The notes under the pieces are model-generated. The model was not told where the DNA came from and made no database searches. It saw only the letters and a list, made by a program, of their open reading frames with translations. Positions 26,461-39,653 of a stretch of DNA of 64,000 nt are shown piece by piece. Position 1 is the first letter of the stretch. The number at the start of each line of letters is the position of its first letter. A program made the translations under genes and the position numbers. Source of the DNA: Octopus vulgaris (taxonomy: Eukaryota); the NCBI GenBank assembly GCA_951406725.2, contig OX597823.1, forward strand, positions 80,786,001 through 80,850,000, given 5' to 3'.

Positions 26461-26705
26461 CATTATTTACATTATTTACATTCGACGGATATTTGTCCTC
26501 ATCTTGTTTGTTGTTAACACAACGTTTCAGCTGATATACCCTCCAGCCTTCTTCAGGTGTCTTGGAGAAATTTCGAACCTGGGTTCTCATTCCTAAGGTA
26601 TTCTTTGATGTTATTATTATTATTATTGTTCAGGTCACTGCTTGGAATCGAACTCGGAATCTTGGGGTTAGTAGTTCGCACTCTTAACCGCTATGCCATA
26701 TGCCC
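26461..26705 (-). mobile_element. tRNA-headed SINE-like element with minimal hammerhead motif, copy 2
   Basis: Reverse complement of copy 3, joined to it head-to-head at tgccc|gggca. Hammerhead motif at 26516-26561. Confidence 0.8.
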
Positions 26706-26799
26706 GGGCATATGGTGTAGCAGTTAAGAGTGCGGACTACTAACCCCAAGATTCCGAGTTTGATTCCAAGCAGTGACCTGAACAACAACAATGATAATG

Positions 26800-26839
<40 letters not shown>

Positions 26840-27011
26840 CAACATCAAAGAATACCTTAGGAATGAGAACCCAGGTTCGAAATTTTCCCAAGGCACCTGA
26901 AGAAGGCTGGAGGGTATAACAGCCGAAACGTTGTGTTAACAACAAACAAGATGAGGACAAATATCCGTAATGTAAATAATGTACATAATTCCTCATCTCT
27001 TAAATATAGAA
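26706..27011 (+). mobile_element. tRNA-headed SINE-like element with minimal hammerhead motif, copy 3
   Basis: tRNA-like head, (AAT)n, then GGCAC-CTGAAGA-A-GGCTG-N10-CAGCC-GAAA-CG-TT-GTGTT (26892-26937). Confidence 0.82.
26892..26937 (+). ncRNA. Minimal type I hammerhead ribozyme motif (predicted)
   Basis: Stem I GGCAC/GUGUU, core CUGAAGA plus an extra A, stem II GGCUG/CAGCC, GAAA, palindromic ACGU in place of stem III, and a UU cleavage site. Confidence 0.65.
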
Positions 27012-27189
27012 AAGAAAAGTAATTTTGTAAAAATTCACCTCCCTTGATATTGCTGTTAATGAAGAGAAGAGTGACTTATGAGATCTCCAAACATAGTATT
27101 CAACTGGACAATATGTTTGTGAAGAAGGTATTAGACTTAAAAATCTTAGAGAATTGAAAAGAATTTTTCTTCTGTCTATCTAGGCAGCA

Positions 27190-28170
27190 TTTGTCTCATA
27201 GACAAGAACAGAGGAGAATGTGAGATCCAGGATTGGCAAGGACTGGTATGCTTTCGACAGTCTTTGAGCTGTCTGGAACTCCAAAGCTATCTCCCTCAAA
27301 ACAAAACTACGCATCTTCAGTTCCAGTGTCAATGCTGTTCTTCTTTATGGGTCAGAAATTTGGAGGGTCATCAAAGCCATAAAGAGTAAGCTACAAATCT
27401 TTGTCAACTAATATCAGTGATACATGCTCACGACCTGGTGGCTGGACAAAATTTCAAACACAAGTCTGTGGGATAGAATGAACCAAACTTCCATCAATCA
27501 AGAGGTTCTTATTTCTTTATAGCCCACAAGGGGCTAAACATAGAGGGGACAAACAAGGACAGGCAGAGGGATTAAATTGATTACAGTGACCCCAGTGCAT
27601 AATTGGTACTTAATTTATCGACCCTAAAAGGATTAAAGGCAAAGTCGACCTTGGTGGAATTTGAACTCAGAACGTAACGGCAGACGAAATACCTATTTCT
27701 TTACTATCCACAAGGGGCTAAACACAGAGGGGACAAACAAAGACAGACAAACGGATTAAGTCAATTACATCGACCCCAGTACGTAACTGGCACTTAATTT
27801 ATCGACCCTGAAAGGATGAAAGGCAAAGTCGACCTTGGTGGAATTTGAACTCAGACCGTAACAGCAGACGAAAAAACCGCTAAGCATTTCGCTTGGCGTG
27901 CTAACGTTTCTGCCAGCTCGCCACCTTAAATCAATCAAGAGGTTCTGAAAAGGAAATGGGGCTGGATCAGTCACATTCTAAGCAGTATTGCAGGACAAAT
28001 GTTAAACTGGCAACTCAAAGGACCCAAGAAAACCTGGAAAGAATGCATGGAGAATGAAATGAAAGCAATCAGTCTCGCTTGGTCTGAAATCAAAGCGGTA
28101 CCTCAAGATCACATCTATTGGCATGAAATTGTGATGACCTGATATTCCTTATGAAGTAGTGTGGACTAAC
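27190..28170 (+). mobile_element. RTE-clade LINE 3' remnant split by a SINE dimer
   Basis: Translates to RIGK...VWNSKAISLKTKLRIFSSSVNAVLLYGSEIW...KRKWGWISHIL. The SINE at 27510-27929 has a 17-bp TSD atcaatcaagaggttct. Confidence 0.8.
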
Positions 28171-29281
28171 TTTTCTCCTGTGAAACAAAATATTACTAAT
28201 CTGTGGCTCAACACTGAAAAATAATGACCTTTCAACTTAGAAAACAAATGAAAACAACACATACATGATAAAACAAAATGATTAAAAGGAAAAAAAAGAA
28301 AAATTAAAAGTACAAAAGATTACATTATCAAAAAAATCTCTCACTTTAGAAAATACAGGTGGGTGAAATCAGAGATCAACCAGCGAAACAGCAATCCCAG
28401 AATTACTTCAACAACAAGGGTTAATTCATTCTAGCATATTCTGAGAAAGTCTGTGGATTTTCAAAGGTATGAAAAAATAGCCCTTTATGTTTTTATGGCG
28501 GAAGAAACACACTAATCCATTTGAAACATTAAAGAGAGATTTGGCTGAACCCCTGTGGCACAGTTGTTTGATACAACAAAAAAAGCTATGGTTATTACAG
28601 CTGCTAGTCAATATTCATGGAGGCACAATAGCCCAGTGGTTAGGGCAATGGACTCGCTGTTGGAGGATCGTGGTTTCAATTCCCAGACCGGGCATTGTGT
28701 GTGTTTATTGAGCGAAAACACCTAAAGCTCCACGAGGCTCCTTCAGCTGAATAGACATCATTGGTTGGTTGAAATTACCGAAATATGACAACTTTAACAA
28801 AAAATAACTTCTAAAATACAGAATTTTCTCAGCAACGCCAAGAGTAAAAGATGTTTTATGTAACACATTCTACAAGTATATGAAGTTTGAAAGTGTTTAG
28901 TTAAAAAATTATTTTTTAAATCTGTCGGTCAAAAAGTAAAGATCCAATAATAAATTCAATAGGAAATGAGCTTCTGTTGTAATGAAATTAAGCTTTTGAG
29001 TGGTGAAATATGTCAAAGCTGGTATACAAATATGTATTGTTACTAACAACCTATGAAGTTACTTTATGTGGACTTCTCCGATCCTATTGCCATCGCCAGA
29101 TGGTGAATTGGTGACTTCAGTCACATCTCAGCCTCAGTACAAGTCAAAAGATTAGTTTCTGTGTAGATAAGTAATTATTAAGTTAGAGATAAAGCACTCT
29201 TTAACTATGATCTGAATAAATGAACTTCATTATCATATTATCTAGCTATGTTTACATTCCAAGTACATGAAAAATATAAAA

Positions 29282-29334
<53 letters not shown>

Positions 29335-29343
29335 ATATATATA

Positions 29344-29388
<45 letters not shown>

Positions 29389-29424
29389 TTTCACAAGTAG
29401 ACAAACGTATGTAAGCACTCATAC

Positions 29425-29512
<88 letters not shown>

Positions 29513-29696
29513 GTACATATTATGACTATGTATACATGCTAACACACACATACACAGAAACATGTGTGTATGCATGTATCTATATATGTATATACATATA
29601 TCTAAATAAATAAATGTATGTATATCTAAATAAATAAAGTACCGCTTGCAAAAAAGAAAAAAAAATTCTGAAGTATTTTTCCTTTCAGACAAAACA

Positions 29697-29733
<37 letters not shown>

Positions 29734-29901
29734 CATACATACACACACATATATATATGTACCTTAACTTACCACACTGGTTTATACATCAAAGGATAAA
29801 CAAAAATAACAATAACAACAACAACAACAAAAAACAATACTTTCTCACGATATCAGTTTTTTGTTTAGTGGTTTGGTCACTTACAAGCATAACATATCAT
29901 C

Positions 29902-30031
29902 ATGGCTGAAGACAAATCTTCTAAAGATGATAAAAGTGATGTACCTACTGCAGCACCGTCATCAGAAACTCTGTCTGAGTCAGTTGCATCCACGGCAAAC
30001 ATCATACCTGTAATTAAAGTACCTTGGCATA
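29902..30031 (+). CDS. SLC40A1: Ferroportin coding exon 1 (predicted start)
   Basis: atcATGG start. Encodes MAEDKSSKDDKSDVPTAAPSSETLSESVASTANIIPVIKVPWH and ends at a|gtaagt in phase 1, matching exon 2. Sequence is not conserved, so the assignment rests on splice phase and context. Confidence 0.65.
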
Positions 30032-30121
30032 GTAAGTCAATAACTTCTCAAAGAAATCTCTGTTAATGCAACAATTGAAAGAATATGTATGTGTGTATGT
30101 GCATGTGTAAATGTATATGTT

Positions 30122-30168
<47 letters not shown>

Positions 30169-30670
30169 ATATATATAATATATTTAATTATTATTTATAT
30201 CATTATTTATATATTTAATGATTATTTTTCTCTGACATATATATTTTTGAATTTTGGAAACTGTTTCACTTGGTTTAGTCTTGTTTATATATGTAGGTGG
30301 CGGAATAGCTGTCTGGTTAGGAAGCTTGCCTCCTAGCTATATGGCTTCGGGTTCAGTCCCACCGCATGGGACTTTGGGCAAGTGTCTTCTGCTATATCCC
30401 CGGGCCGACCGAAGCTTTGTGATTGAATTTGGTAGGCGGAAGTTACTGCCATGTATGTATATGTGTGCGTAGGTGCTTGTGCCTCTCCGAGAGAGAGAGG
30501 GAATATATGTGTGTGTGTGTGTGTGTGTGTAATAATAATAATAATTTTTATAAGCTTAAAGCTTATAAAATATTATTATTATTATTACAGAATTATTCGG
30601 TGATTGTGGCCAATAAAAAAAAGTATTATTTACAGAATTGTAAAAATCAAACCTGCTTACCAAAAACCAT

Positions 30671-30705
<35 letters not shown>

Positions 30706-32544
30706 TCTGATTACCATTTTGAAGTTCCCATGGTGAGTGACTGGTGATAGCTGCATGTTCAAACCACTTTCTATATTGAATAATTTTTTCGTCTGATTTG
30801 TATATGCACATAAACATATGTGAGTGTGTGCGCATGAATTTATATATATCAGTGTCTAAAATAGTGCCTATGTGTCTGTGTCTGTGTGTGTTTGTGTACA
30901 TATTAAAATTTAGTTTAGTAAATAGACTCACAAAAATCATAGTGTCGAAAATTTGATCATCTCCAACAATTTACCATCTTGATGCTAACAATTTCTTTTC
31001 AGGGTTCTTTTATCATAACATCCTTTTGTTTTTCTATCAACGCCCAAGTGATTGTTATTTTAATCATTCAAGAGAGATTAGTTAAATTAGCTGTTAAAAC
31101 TTTCAGCTCAAAACTGCTGTCTTTTCATACACTCAGCAAAGCTTTCAAACAGCAGGAGTGGCTGTGTGGTCAAGGACGGAACTAAATGTTGAATGATGTG
31201 TTTGTAGTAGTACTCCATGGCTATCCAGGCTCTGAGTATGCTGTTTTCTGTAACCCCACTGTCCTTCTCATCTGAGAAAAAATAAATGATATGGATATGT
31301 AATGAGGAATTTTAGTTCTGAAATAGGTTTTGAACATGTATTTATGTAACTTGCTTCATAAGGCTGGGGTCATTCCAGGTTATAGGTCCCAGAAATGTCA
31401 CTACGTGTAGAGCTGACCAGGCCCACCAGTACTCTCGTGGCCCCGTGCCAGCCCCTCTGCATTCTCCAAAGTGTTATTGAGCCTCTTGAGATCTTCCCCC
31501 AATATATCTGTATATTGTTATTGGAAACATATATCTGTATCTATATAGTAAATACGTGTGTGTGTATCTGTGTTGTAAACATTCCAGTCAATTTGGTGTT
31601 GCTGGTTTCTGTCTCTTCTTTCCATGACTCAGTTTGTTGTGTGACCTGCAGTGACATTATTCTAGAGTTATTTTTACAAGCTGGGAGAAACATTTATAAA
31701 TTTCCCAGCCCTGATGCAGTACCAGACAGTGGCTCTCATGGCTTCTGATCTTAACTGATTGGAAGTGTTATTATGTACATTGTTTTGTCTTGGTATTAAA
31801 GATGGGCTACAGCAAATATTCTGTTCAATACCACAGATTTGCTTGTCAGTTGTTTGACCTTAACCATTTGACCATGTCCCTTAATGACTGACGATATGTG
31901 CAGAAGTAGTGGGGAGCATCATAGCCGTGTGTTGAAAGGAATTCTTGGAGGTTTGGATAATTCACCTTTGGAAATATGGGTGGTTTGTTCAAAGTCCTTA
32001 AACAATCCTTATTCAGGGACCATTTGAGCAGGATGGGCTACTCAACCAGAAGAAAATTCTAACTGGGCCCCACCTACAAGGTCATGCGCTGTTTATCTTG
32101 ATATGAGATAATGTTGTGCACATATGGTTGTGATGCATGTGCCTGGTGTACCCTTATCAGACAGGTATTTGTGATGGGTATACTGGGCTTCGTATATTTT
32201 ACCCCAGTGTCACTTTGATGGTATGCACTGCTCTCTCACTCAATAATAATAATGATGATGATGATAAAGGCTTTACTTGTAAAAACAGAGACTTAATATC
32301 TTTGAGTGAAAGGAAGAAAGTGAGAGGGGAAGGATTGTTTACTGCTCCTACTGGTTTGTGATAACCGACTTAAAGATCAATGTATCAAAATTATTTTTTG
32401 TTGTTTTTTGTAGCTTTATGTGTTTTATTTATTTGTATTAATTTATTTCTTTGCTTTATAAAGAAATGAATAGATAAGAAATTTTTTGTGGAAGGTAGGA
32501 GTTTGACTACTTGATTTCACTTCTGACATTACACTTACATACAT

Positions 32545-32613
<69 letters not shown>

Positions 32614-34746
32614 CATGCCTATATGGCTGATACAGTCATTCATTTTTCCTCAATCTCTGTCATTTACATGTAGTCTTGATTCTTTATGGTAAACTTGCAC
32701 TATCTTCAAGAACAGAAGCCCCAGAAACAGACATATATCTGGCACTCTCCTCACACACTGCCGAATGATTTTCATCCGCCTCAATACATTTTACATTTTG
32801 AAACACAGAAAATTCATAAGAGATATTATCTTTGAATAAAACCTCAGTAAATTTGCTTTTCATTGTATATTTACATTAAGTATGATACACAGATGATTAT
32901 TTTAATCTAATACTGTGTCTGTTGCATTCAACAAATATTTATTCAACCAGGTAAAATTTACAATATCAGTGAATGTGTATTCACTGTTTTCTCACATATC
33001 AGTGGTGATAAATTTCATCTAAGCATGTGGGGCTTGGTGTGTGTACATACTATGGACAATGCCCAACAGGGCAGAAATACTCAGGTGTTTTCTCTTCCTG
33101 TTGCTGGGACAGTTTCTGTCTCCCTCCAATATACATTGTTTTTAAACATAACATGTCTGTAAGAGATGTTATCTCCAGACAAATACTAATTTAAATTTGC
33201 TGTTCAACAATCTAGTTATCGCCATCCTTTTAATTACCGTAAATCATCAAGTATAATCTGCATTTTCCCCCAAAATTTAAAGGTCAAAATCCTTAGTATG
33301 TATTATACACAAGGTTAAAAATGAAAATTATTTTCTAAGCAATGTCCGAGTCTCTATTTGCTGTCTGGCAATGTTTATTCAGATGCATTTTGTAATGTCA
33401 GGCATGAAAATATCTTAAGCTAAGCCTGAAAGCAATGAAGTCATAAAAGAATCATCCATAAGTTGCAATAAGCAACATTTATTGAATGTTATTACTGTTA
33501 TTTCTTTATTTTCTGCAAACAAAATGCACAGAAAAGCTACATGTTTGCATTATGTTATATTTACAATAATGATAAAGTACATTACCGTATACATTTTTAC
33601 AAACCAAGGACGTTATATAGACCTCTTTGACTCAAGTTAGAGAAGGGGTGCGTATTATACACAAGGTTTAGGCATTTCAGAGGTACAGACCCCTAAAAAT
33701 CACCTGCGTATTATACTCAAGGGCAGACTATACTCGAGGGTTTACGGTACTGAAAAACAGTAATCCATGATTTTGTTGTTTGGTAGGTATGCATGTGAGG
33801 TTCAGGCACGTATATTCCGGGTGTGCTAGGAGTGTGCTGCACATCCATTGAAAATGGCAAATCTTTATATATAAAAGAGAGGTTGTGTGCTGTCTGTCTC
33901 CCATGATTTAGATTCCTAACTACTCCCACATTTTGCAGTGCACTTTAACCAAAACCGGGTATCTTATAGTTGTGATTCATATCGAGCCCTTCTGGGTATT
34001 AGTGCGCATCTACGATGAGTCTACGATTTAAAAAAAAATTTACCATCAAATTTTCCCATTTTTTAATGCATTTTTGGCATATACAAGGGAAGTAACTCTC
34101 TAAAAATTTATTATTATATCTCAGAACGTAAAAAGCTACAGTAACACCCCCACTTTGTGGTTAGCCATATTGAGATGGCTATTATACTTTACATCTCGAA
34201 AAATGCTTATATAGTTATTTCCCTTACAAACCCGAGCAACGCCGGGCGATACTGCTAGTTCATTATAAATATTAACCTTACTTGTTAATTTAATCACAAA
34301 TCTTAGTGGAAAACTTTTGTTATACTCCAGCTTGAAATTTGGTGGCTTTAGGTGTAGCAACACACCCAATACAACAACTGCGATATGCCACTGGTGAGGC
34401 TGTGCATGAATGACATAACAACCCAAAGCAAACACTTAATAGTAGCTTTTGTTTCACCACACAAGTAATATTGAGGTTGGTCATGAATTATAAGTTTAAC
34501 AAAAGGTCAACACAACTGAAGGAATAATTCAGTAATACTCTTTTACTCTTTAACTCTTTTGCTTGTTTCAGTCATTTGACTGCGGCCATGCTGGAGCACC
34601 ACCTTTAGCCGAGCAAATTGACCCCAGGACTTATTCTTTGTAAGCCTAGTACTTATTCTATCGGCCTCTTTTGCCGAACCGCTAAGTTACAGGGATGTAA
34701 ACATACCAGCATCGGCTGTCAAGCGATGTTGGGGATACAAACACAG

Positions 34747-34780
<34 letters not shown>

Positions 34781-35824
34781 GTACATATATACAATGGGCT
34801 TCTTTCAATTTCCGTCTATAAATCCACTCACAAGGCTTTGGTTGGCCCGAGGCTACAGTAGGAGACACATGCCCAAGGTGCCACACAGTGGGACTGAACC
34901 TGGAACCATGTGGTTGGTAAGCAAGCTACTTACCACACAGCCACTCCTGCGCCTAGTGTTTATAAATATTTGATTATTAAAGCTCTGTACTGAAATTTGT
35001 CAAGACAAGAATATATACACACTAGATTCATATCAGTCAACTATATTGACATATTCAGGCTGAGCAGAAGATTGTGAAAACAACTACTGTAAACAGCAAG
35101 AGAGTGTGTGGAGCAAGGCCATGGGTTATTACTAGTTTTTATATAACTCTTGTAAGGAAATGTATTAGAGCCTTATATGATAGAATGACCTTTCACATGA
35201 TGTCTGGCTACCGCTTGCTCATGTGAACAAGGTTGTGCTATGTCATGGCTTAAACTTTGTTATTTGACAACTTGTTTTCATGTCATTAAAAATAATCATT
35301 GAATTATTTATGAAGTTTTTTCAAATTCAGATTTCAAAATTATATATTTATGCATTTTCAGGAAACTTGAAGAATTATTTCACAAGTCTATCCTTCCTTG
35401 TCTACAGTAGTCATGCTCTTTCCTGCTGGGTAAGTAAAAGACAAGAATAAAGTTTTTTTCATCATTGAAACTAATTTTTTTTAAAATAATTGATTTTATG
35501 TATTAGCTGAAAATGTTTTAAAAACCATCATCATCATCAGTTTAATATTCATATTCTCATGTTTGCCTGGGTTAGATCAGTGGTTCCCAACTGGGGTCAA
35601 TATGGCCCTTGGGACTCCATATGGCACTTGTGGGATCCATATGAGATTTTGTTGTTAAAGGAGTGGCTGTGTGGTAAGTAGCTTGCTTACCAACCACATG
35701 GTTCCGGGTTCAGTCCCACTGTGTGGCACCTTGGGCAAGTGTCTCCTACTGTAGCCTCGGGCCAACCAAAGCCTTGTGAGTGGATTTGGTAGACGGAAAT
35801 TGAAAGAAGCCCATTGTATATATG

Positions 35825-35861
<37 letters not shown>

Positions 35862-38800
35862 ATGTGTGTGTCTGTGTTTGTATCCCCAACATCGTTTGAC
35901 AACCGATGCTATATTTCTACAATTCACAAATTATTTTAACAATTTTTTAATACAATTCCTTATAATATTTAATTATAAAAATATGTGATTTTTTAAACAT
36001 CAAATGGCTAGGAGGGTCCATCTGAGTAAAATAGAAATCAAAAGCATCTAGAAGCAAAAAATGGTTGAGAAACACTAGATGAGATGGAATTCTTTGAGGC
36101 AGATTTTCTACAATGTTCTTCTAGTTGCCAGCCCTCATCTGTTTCCAAGCATGGTGCCCGACGTACAGGAGATCCACTCTTTATGTAATTCCTTAATAGT
36201 TTCTCTATATTTGAGAACTTCACTTGTACTTTTCTTTTTGTCCTTTATATCTGAAAAGTCTAAAGTAGTAAGCTGGCAGAATCATAAGCACACCAGGCAA
36301 AATGCTTAGCAGCATTTTGTCTGATTTTATGTTCTGAGTTCAAATCCCACCGAGGTTGACTTTACCTTTCATCCTTTCAGGGTTGATAAAATAAGCACCA
36401 GCTGAGTACTGGGGGCAACATAACTGACTTACCCCTTATCCTGAACTTGCTGGCCTTGTACTGAAATTTGAAGTCAGTATCTGAAAAGTCTAACTTTGCT
36501 TGATACAAAACCAACGAAATTGCTCAAGTGTTCTCCTTTTCTTTTCTATATCTTGAATCAAAAACTTCCTATCAACCAGCACAATTGCATCATGCATCTG
36601 ACAAGACTCATTAACCCATATTTTATCAACTGCCTGTGCCTTAGGGTTCCATCTGCATATTCATGACCTTATTGTCACATCTAACCATATATCCCCCTGT
36701 AGCCCTTCATTCTTTCTTAACTTTCTTCACACAACCATCATTCACAAACAAGATGCCTCCAAAACATCCTCCAATAGAGTCATGACAATTTGCAGCTCTA
36801 AAACACAATCTCTACTCACATCAAGAAAACAGTTTTGCTCTATACTTAGTTGTGAGTTGAGCCTGTATAATACAGGCTCAACTCACAACTAAGTCCCTTA
36901 ACCCTTTCATTACTAACCTGGCTGAAACCGGCTCTGGCTCTGTAGTACAAATGTCTTGATTTCATAAGTTTTGAATTAAAATTTTCCACCAAACCTTAGT
37001 CACAGTTTATGTTCCTAACACTAGCTGAATGATAACTAAGTTATTTTACTGAATTCTTTGTTATATTTTAAATAACTGAAAGAAACACTGAGCATCTCAA
37101 AATAAATATGGTAACGAAAGGGTTAAACTCAGCACAGGTCTCAGAATCTCGTGTGTGTGTCTCGATATAGGTTGGAATTCTAATTATTGTATGTTAAATG
37201 TTAATAATTCTGAAACTATAGTTGAATATGTTTGCCACCCAAATCCATAAGTTGAGTTTACAGATAGTCATGCTAATTAATTTTGCTATTTTGCTAGTTT
37301 ATGAAATATTAAAAATAATTTGTGTGCATTTCAGAATGGTTGTTATGCGTTCCTTTAAAATTATGAAATATATGATTGGCTGTTTATGTTTCTTTGTTTT
37401 CTTATCCAGGGAGACCGTATGTGGTCGTTTTCGGTTGGACTTTTTCTGATAGAGATTGCTCCTGAAAATCTAAGGCTCACTGCTACCTATGGCCTGTTGT
37501 CAGGCATCATGATCTTTTTCATGGGTGCTATCGTTGGTAATTGGGTTGACAAAACTGAACGGTTGAAAAGTAAGTGAAACTATTTCTCTGTTTAAGATAA
37601 TATATCATTAACCATGCAGCTTTCAGTCATAGAGGGAGTCGGTGTTGATGTTATGTTTGGAAAGATGAACAAGTTTTCATGAAGTTTTAGCTTTTAACAT
37701 TTTATTACCCTTCAAAATCAATGAATTATTCAACAAGAGAACCTCTGTGTGGTCTCTATAACTGTTTTCTCGGTGACAAAGTGAGACTTATATAACTGTT
37801 TTATTGGTGACAAAGTGAGACTTATATAACTGTTTTATTGGTGACAAAGTGAGACTTATATAACTGTTTTCTTGGTGACAAAGGGAGACTTATATAACTG
37901 TTTTCTTGGTGACAAAGTGAGACTTGCATAACTTTTCTTGGTGACAAAGTGAGACTTATATAACTGTTTTCTTGGTGACAAAGTGAGACTTACATAACTG
38001 TTTTCTTGGTGACAAAGTGAGACTTACATAACTGTTTTCTTGGTGACAAAGTGAGACTTATATAACTGTTTTCTTGGTGACAAAGTGAGACTTATTAAGG
38101 CACCCTGCCAAATGTTTTTGCCTATTCCTTTTCAGAAGATTTTCATGTCATATAGGAGTTTCCTTCTTAGAGTCTTGTAAAGTTCTGGTAACTTAGAATC
38201 TGCATCCAGGAAGGTCATCCATATCTTGAGATATATAGTTTTCCAGAGCAACACCACCAATTTATCTTGATTCAGGCTTATAAATCAGGGTATATATCTT
38301 ATAGTTATTAAGAGGAATGACTAGTAACCATGTGCAAAAAATCCTGATCTCATGGGTAGCTACCGCAACTAATCCAATGACCTGACATTGTTAAGCAAGT
38401 GACCTTGCTTCCAGGCTGATCTTATCCATCTGCATTTATAGAACCAACTCTTAATACAGCCATATGAGGAGAACGAAAAGTGGGAAAGGTCACATACCTT
38501 GTTTTTGAAGGGACAGGTAATGTTGTTTTCTTGGTGGCAAAGAGGCTTATTAAGGCACGCTGCCAAAGGTTTTTCTCCATCTTTTTCAGAAGATTTTTCA
38601 AGTCACATAGGAGTTTCCATGTAAACTTCTCGTAATTTTTTTTTATCAGAAGTCCATTATAGGGTGTTTTGGGGATAAGATCCTCGAAGCCCTCCTCCTC
38701 CTCTTCTATTTTTGTAGTTTTTTGTTACATTGTGTTGTGTCCTTCATCAATTCACTATTGTTTTGTTTTTTCTCATTTAGAACAGAGGAGTTGAGAAGTG

Positions 38801-39580
38801 GTGTGGCTAGTGTAGTTGATGATGATGATGATGATATTGTTTTTGTTGTTTCTGTTTTAGCAACTTTTCTTCAATCTGGAATTAAAAACTTGCTCATGAA
38901 TTAGACTCACTAGGGGGCACCCCTTCATCAATGATGCTCAGCTTATAACGATTTTAATGAATGTTGTCTAAACCTATATATTAATATTGATTTTCACTTG
39001 AAAATGAATTATATAATTCACAGCCAGTTTTATATTTCCTCTCCCTCTGTGATAACCAATCATTCATCATACTAACTTCGCTCTCTGTAGAGAACTATGG
39101 CTCAATGTCCGTTTATAAATCAGCAGAACACATGCAAGATGTTGTTAATATTGTTTGCATTGCTGATTAAAGAAGAATCAGAAATTGTAATTGTGCTTTT
39201 ATGGCTCTCTCTCAATGCTTGTTCAGCTTGAATGCTATTTGATATCTTTGTTCTTTGCATTCACTCTCAGTAACAATTCTATATGTTTATTCACATATGC
39301 GTTCGTGTTTGTCTATGAATGTATATTCTTTTATTCTTTTGATTGCCGCCACACTAAGGCACAACTTTGAAGGGCTTTTAGTCAACCACATCTACCTCAG
39401 TGTTTAATTTGAGACTTGTAGTCTTCTCTCAGTCACTATTTGCTGCAATGCTAAGTCAAGTCATGGAGATGTAAACATAATAACACTGATTGTCAAGCTG
39501 AAGAACTTCTATGTAGTGGGACTGAACCTGAAACTACATGGTTGTAAAGTAGACTTCTTAACCATGTGTCCATACGTGTT

Positions 39581-39653
<73 letters not shown>

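Noticed and set aside
29000-29901. Iron-responsive element in the ferroportin 5' UTR
   Set aside because: No C-N5-CAGUGN-N5 hairpin found here. The gtgac-ttca-gtcac hairpin at 29111-29124 has the wrong loop. An IRE in an unlocated upstream exon cannot be excluded.
37757-38095. CRISPR-like array (34-bp repeats)
   Set aside because: No unique spacers and no cas genes; eukaryotic intronic minisatellite.
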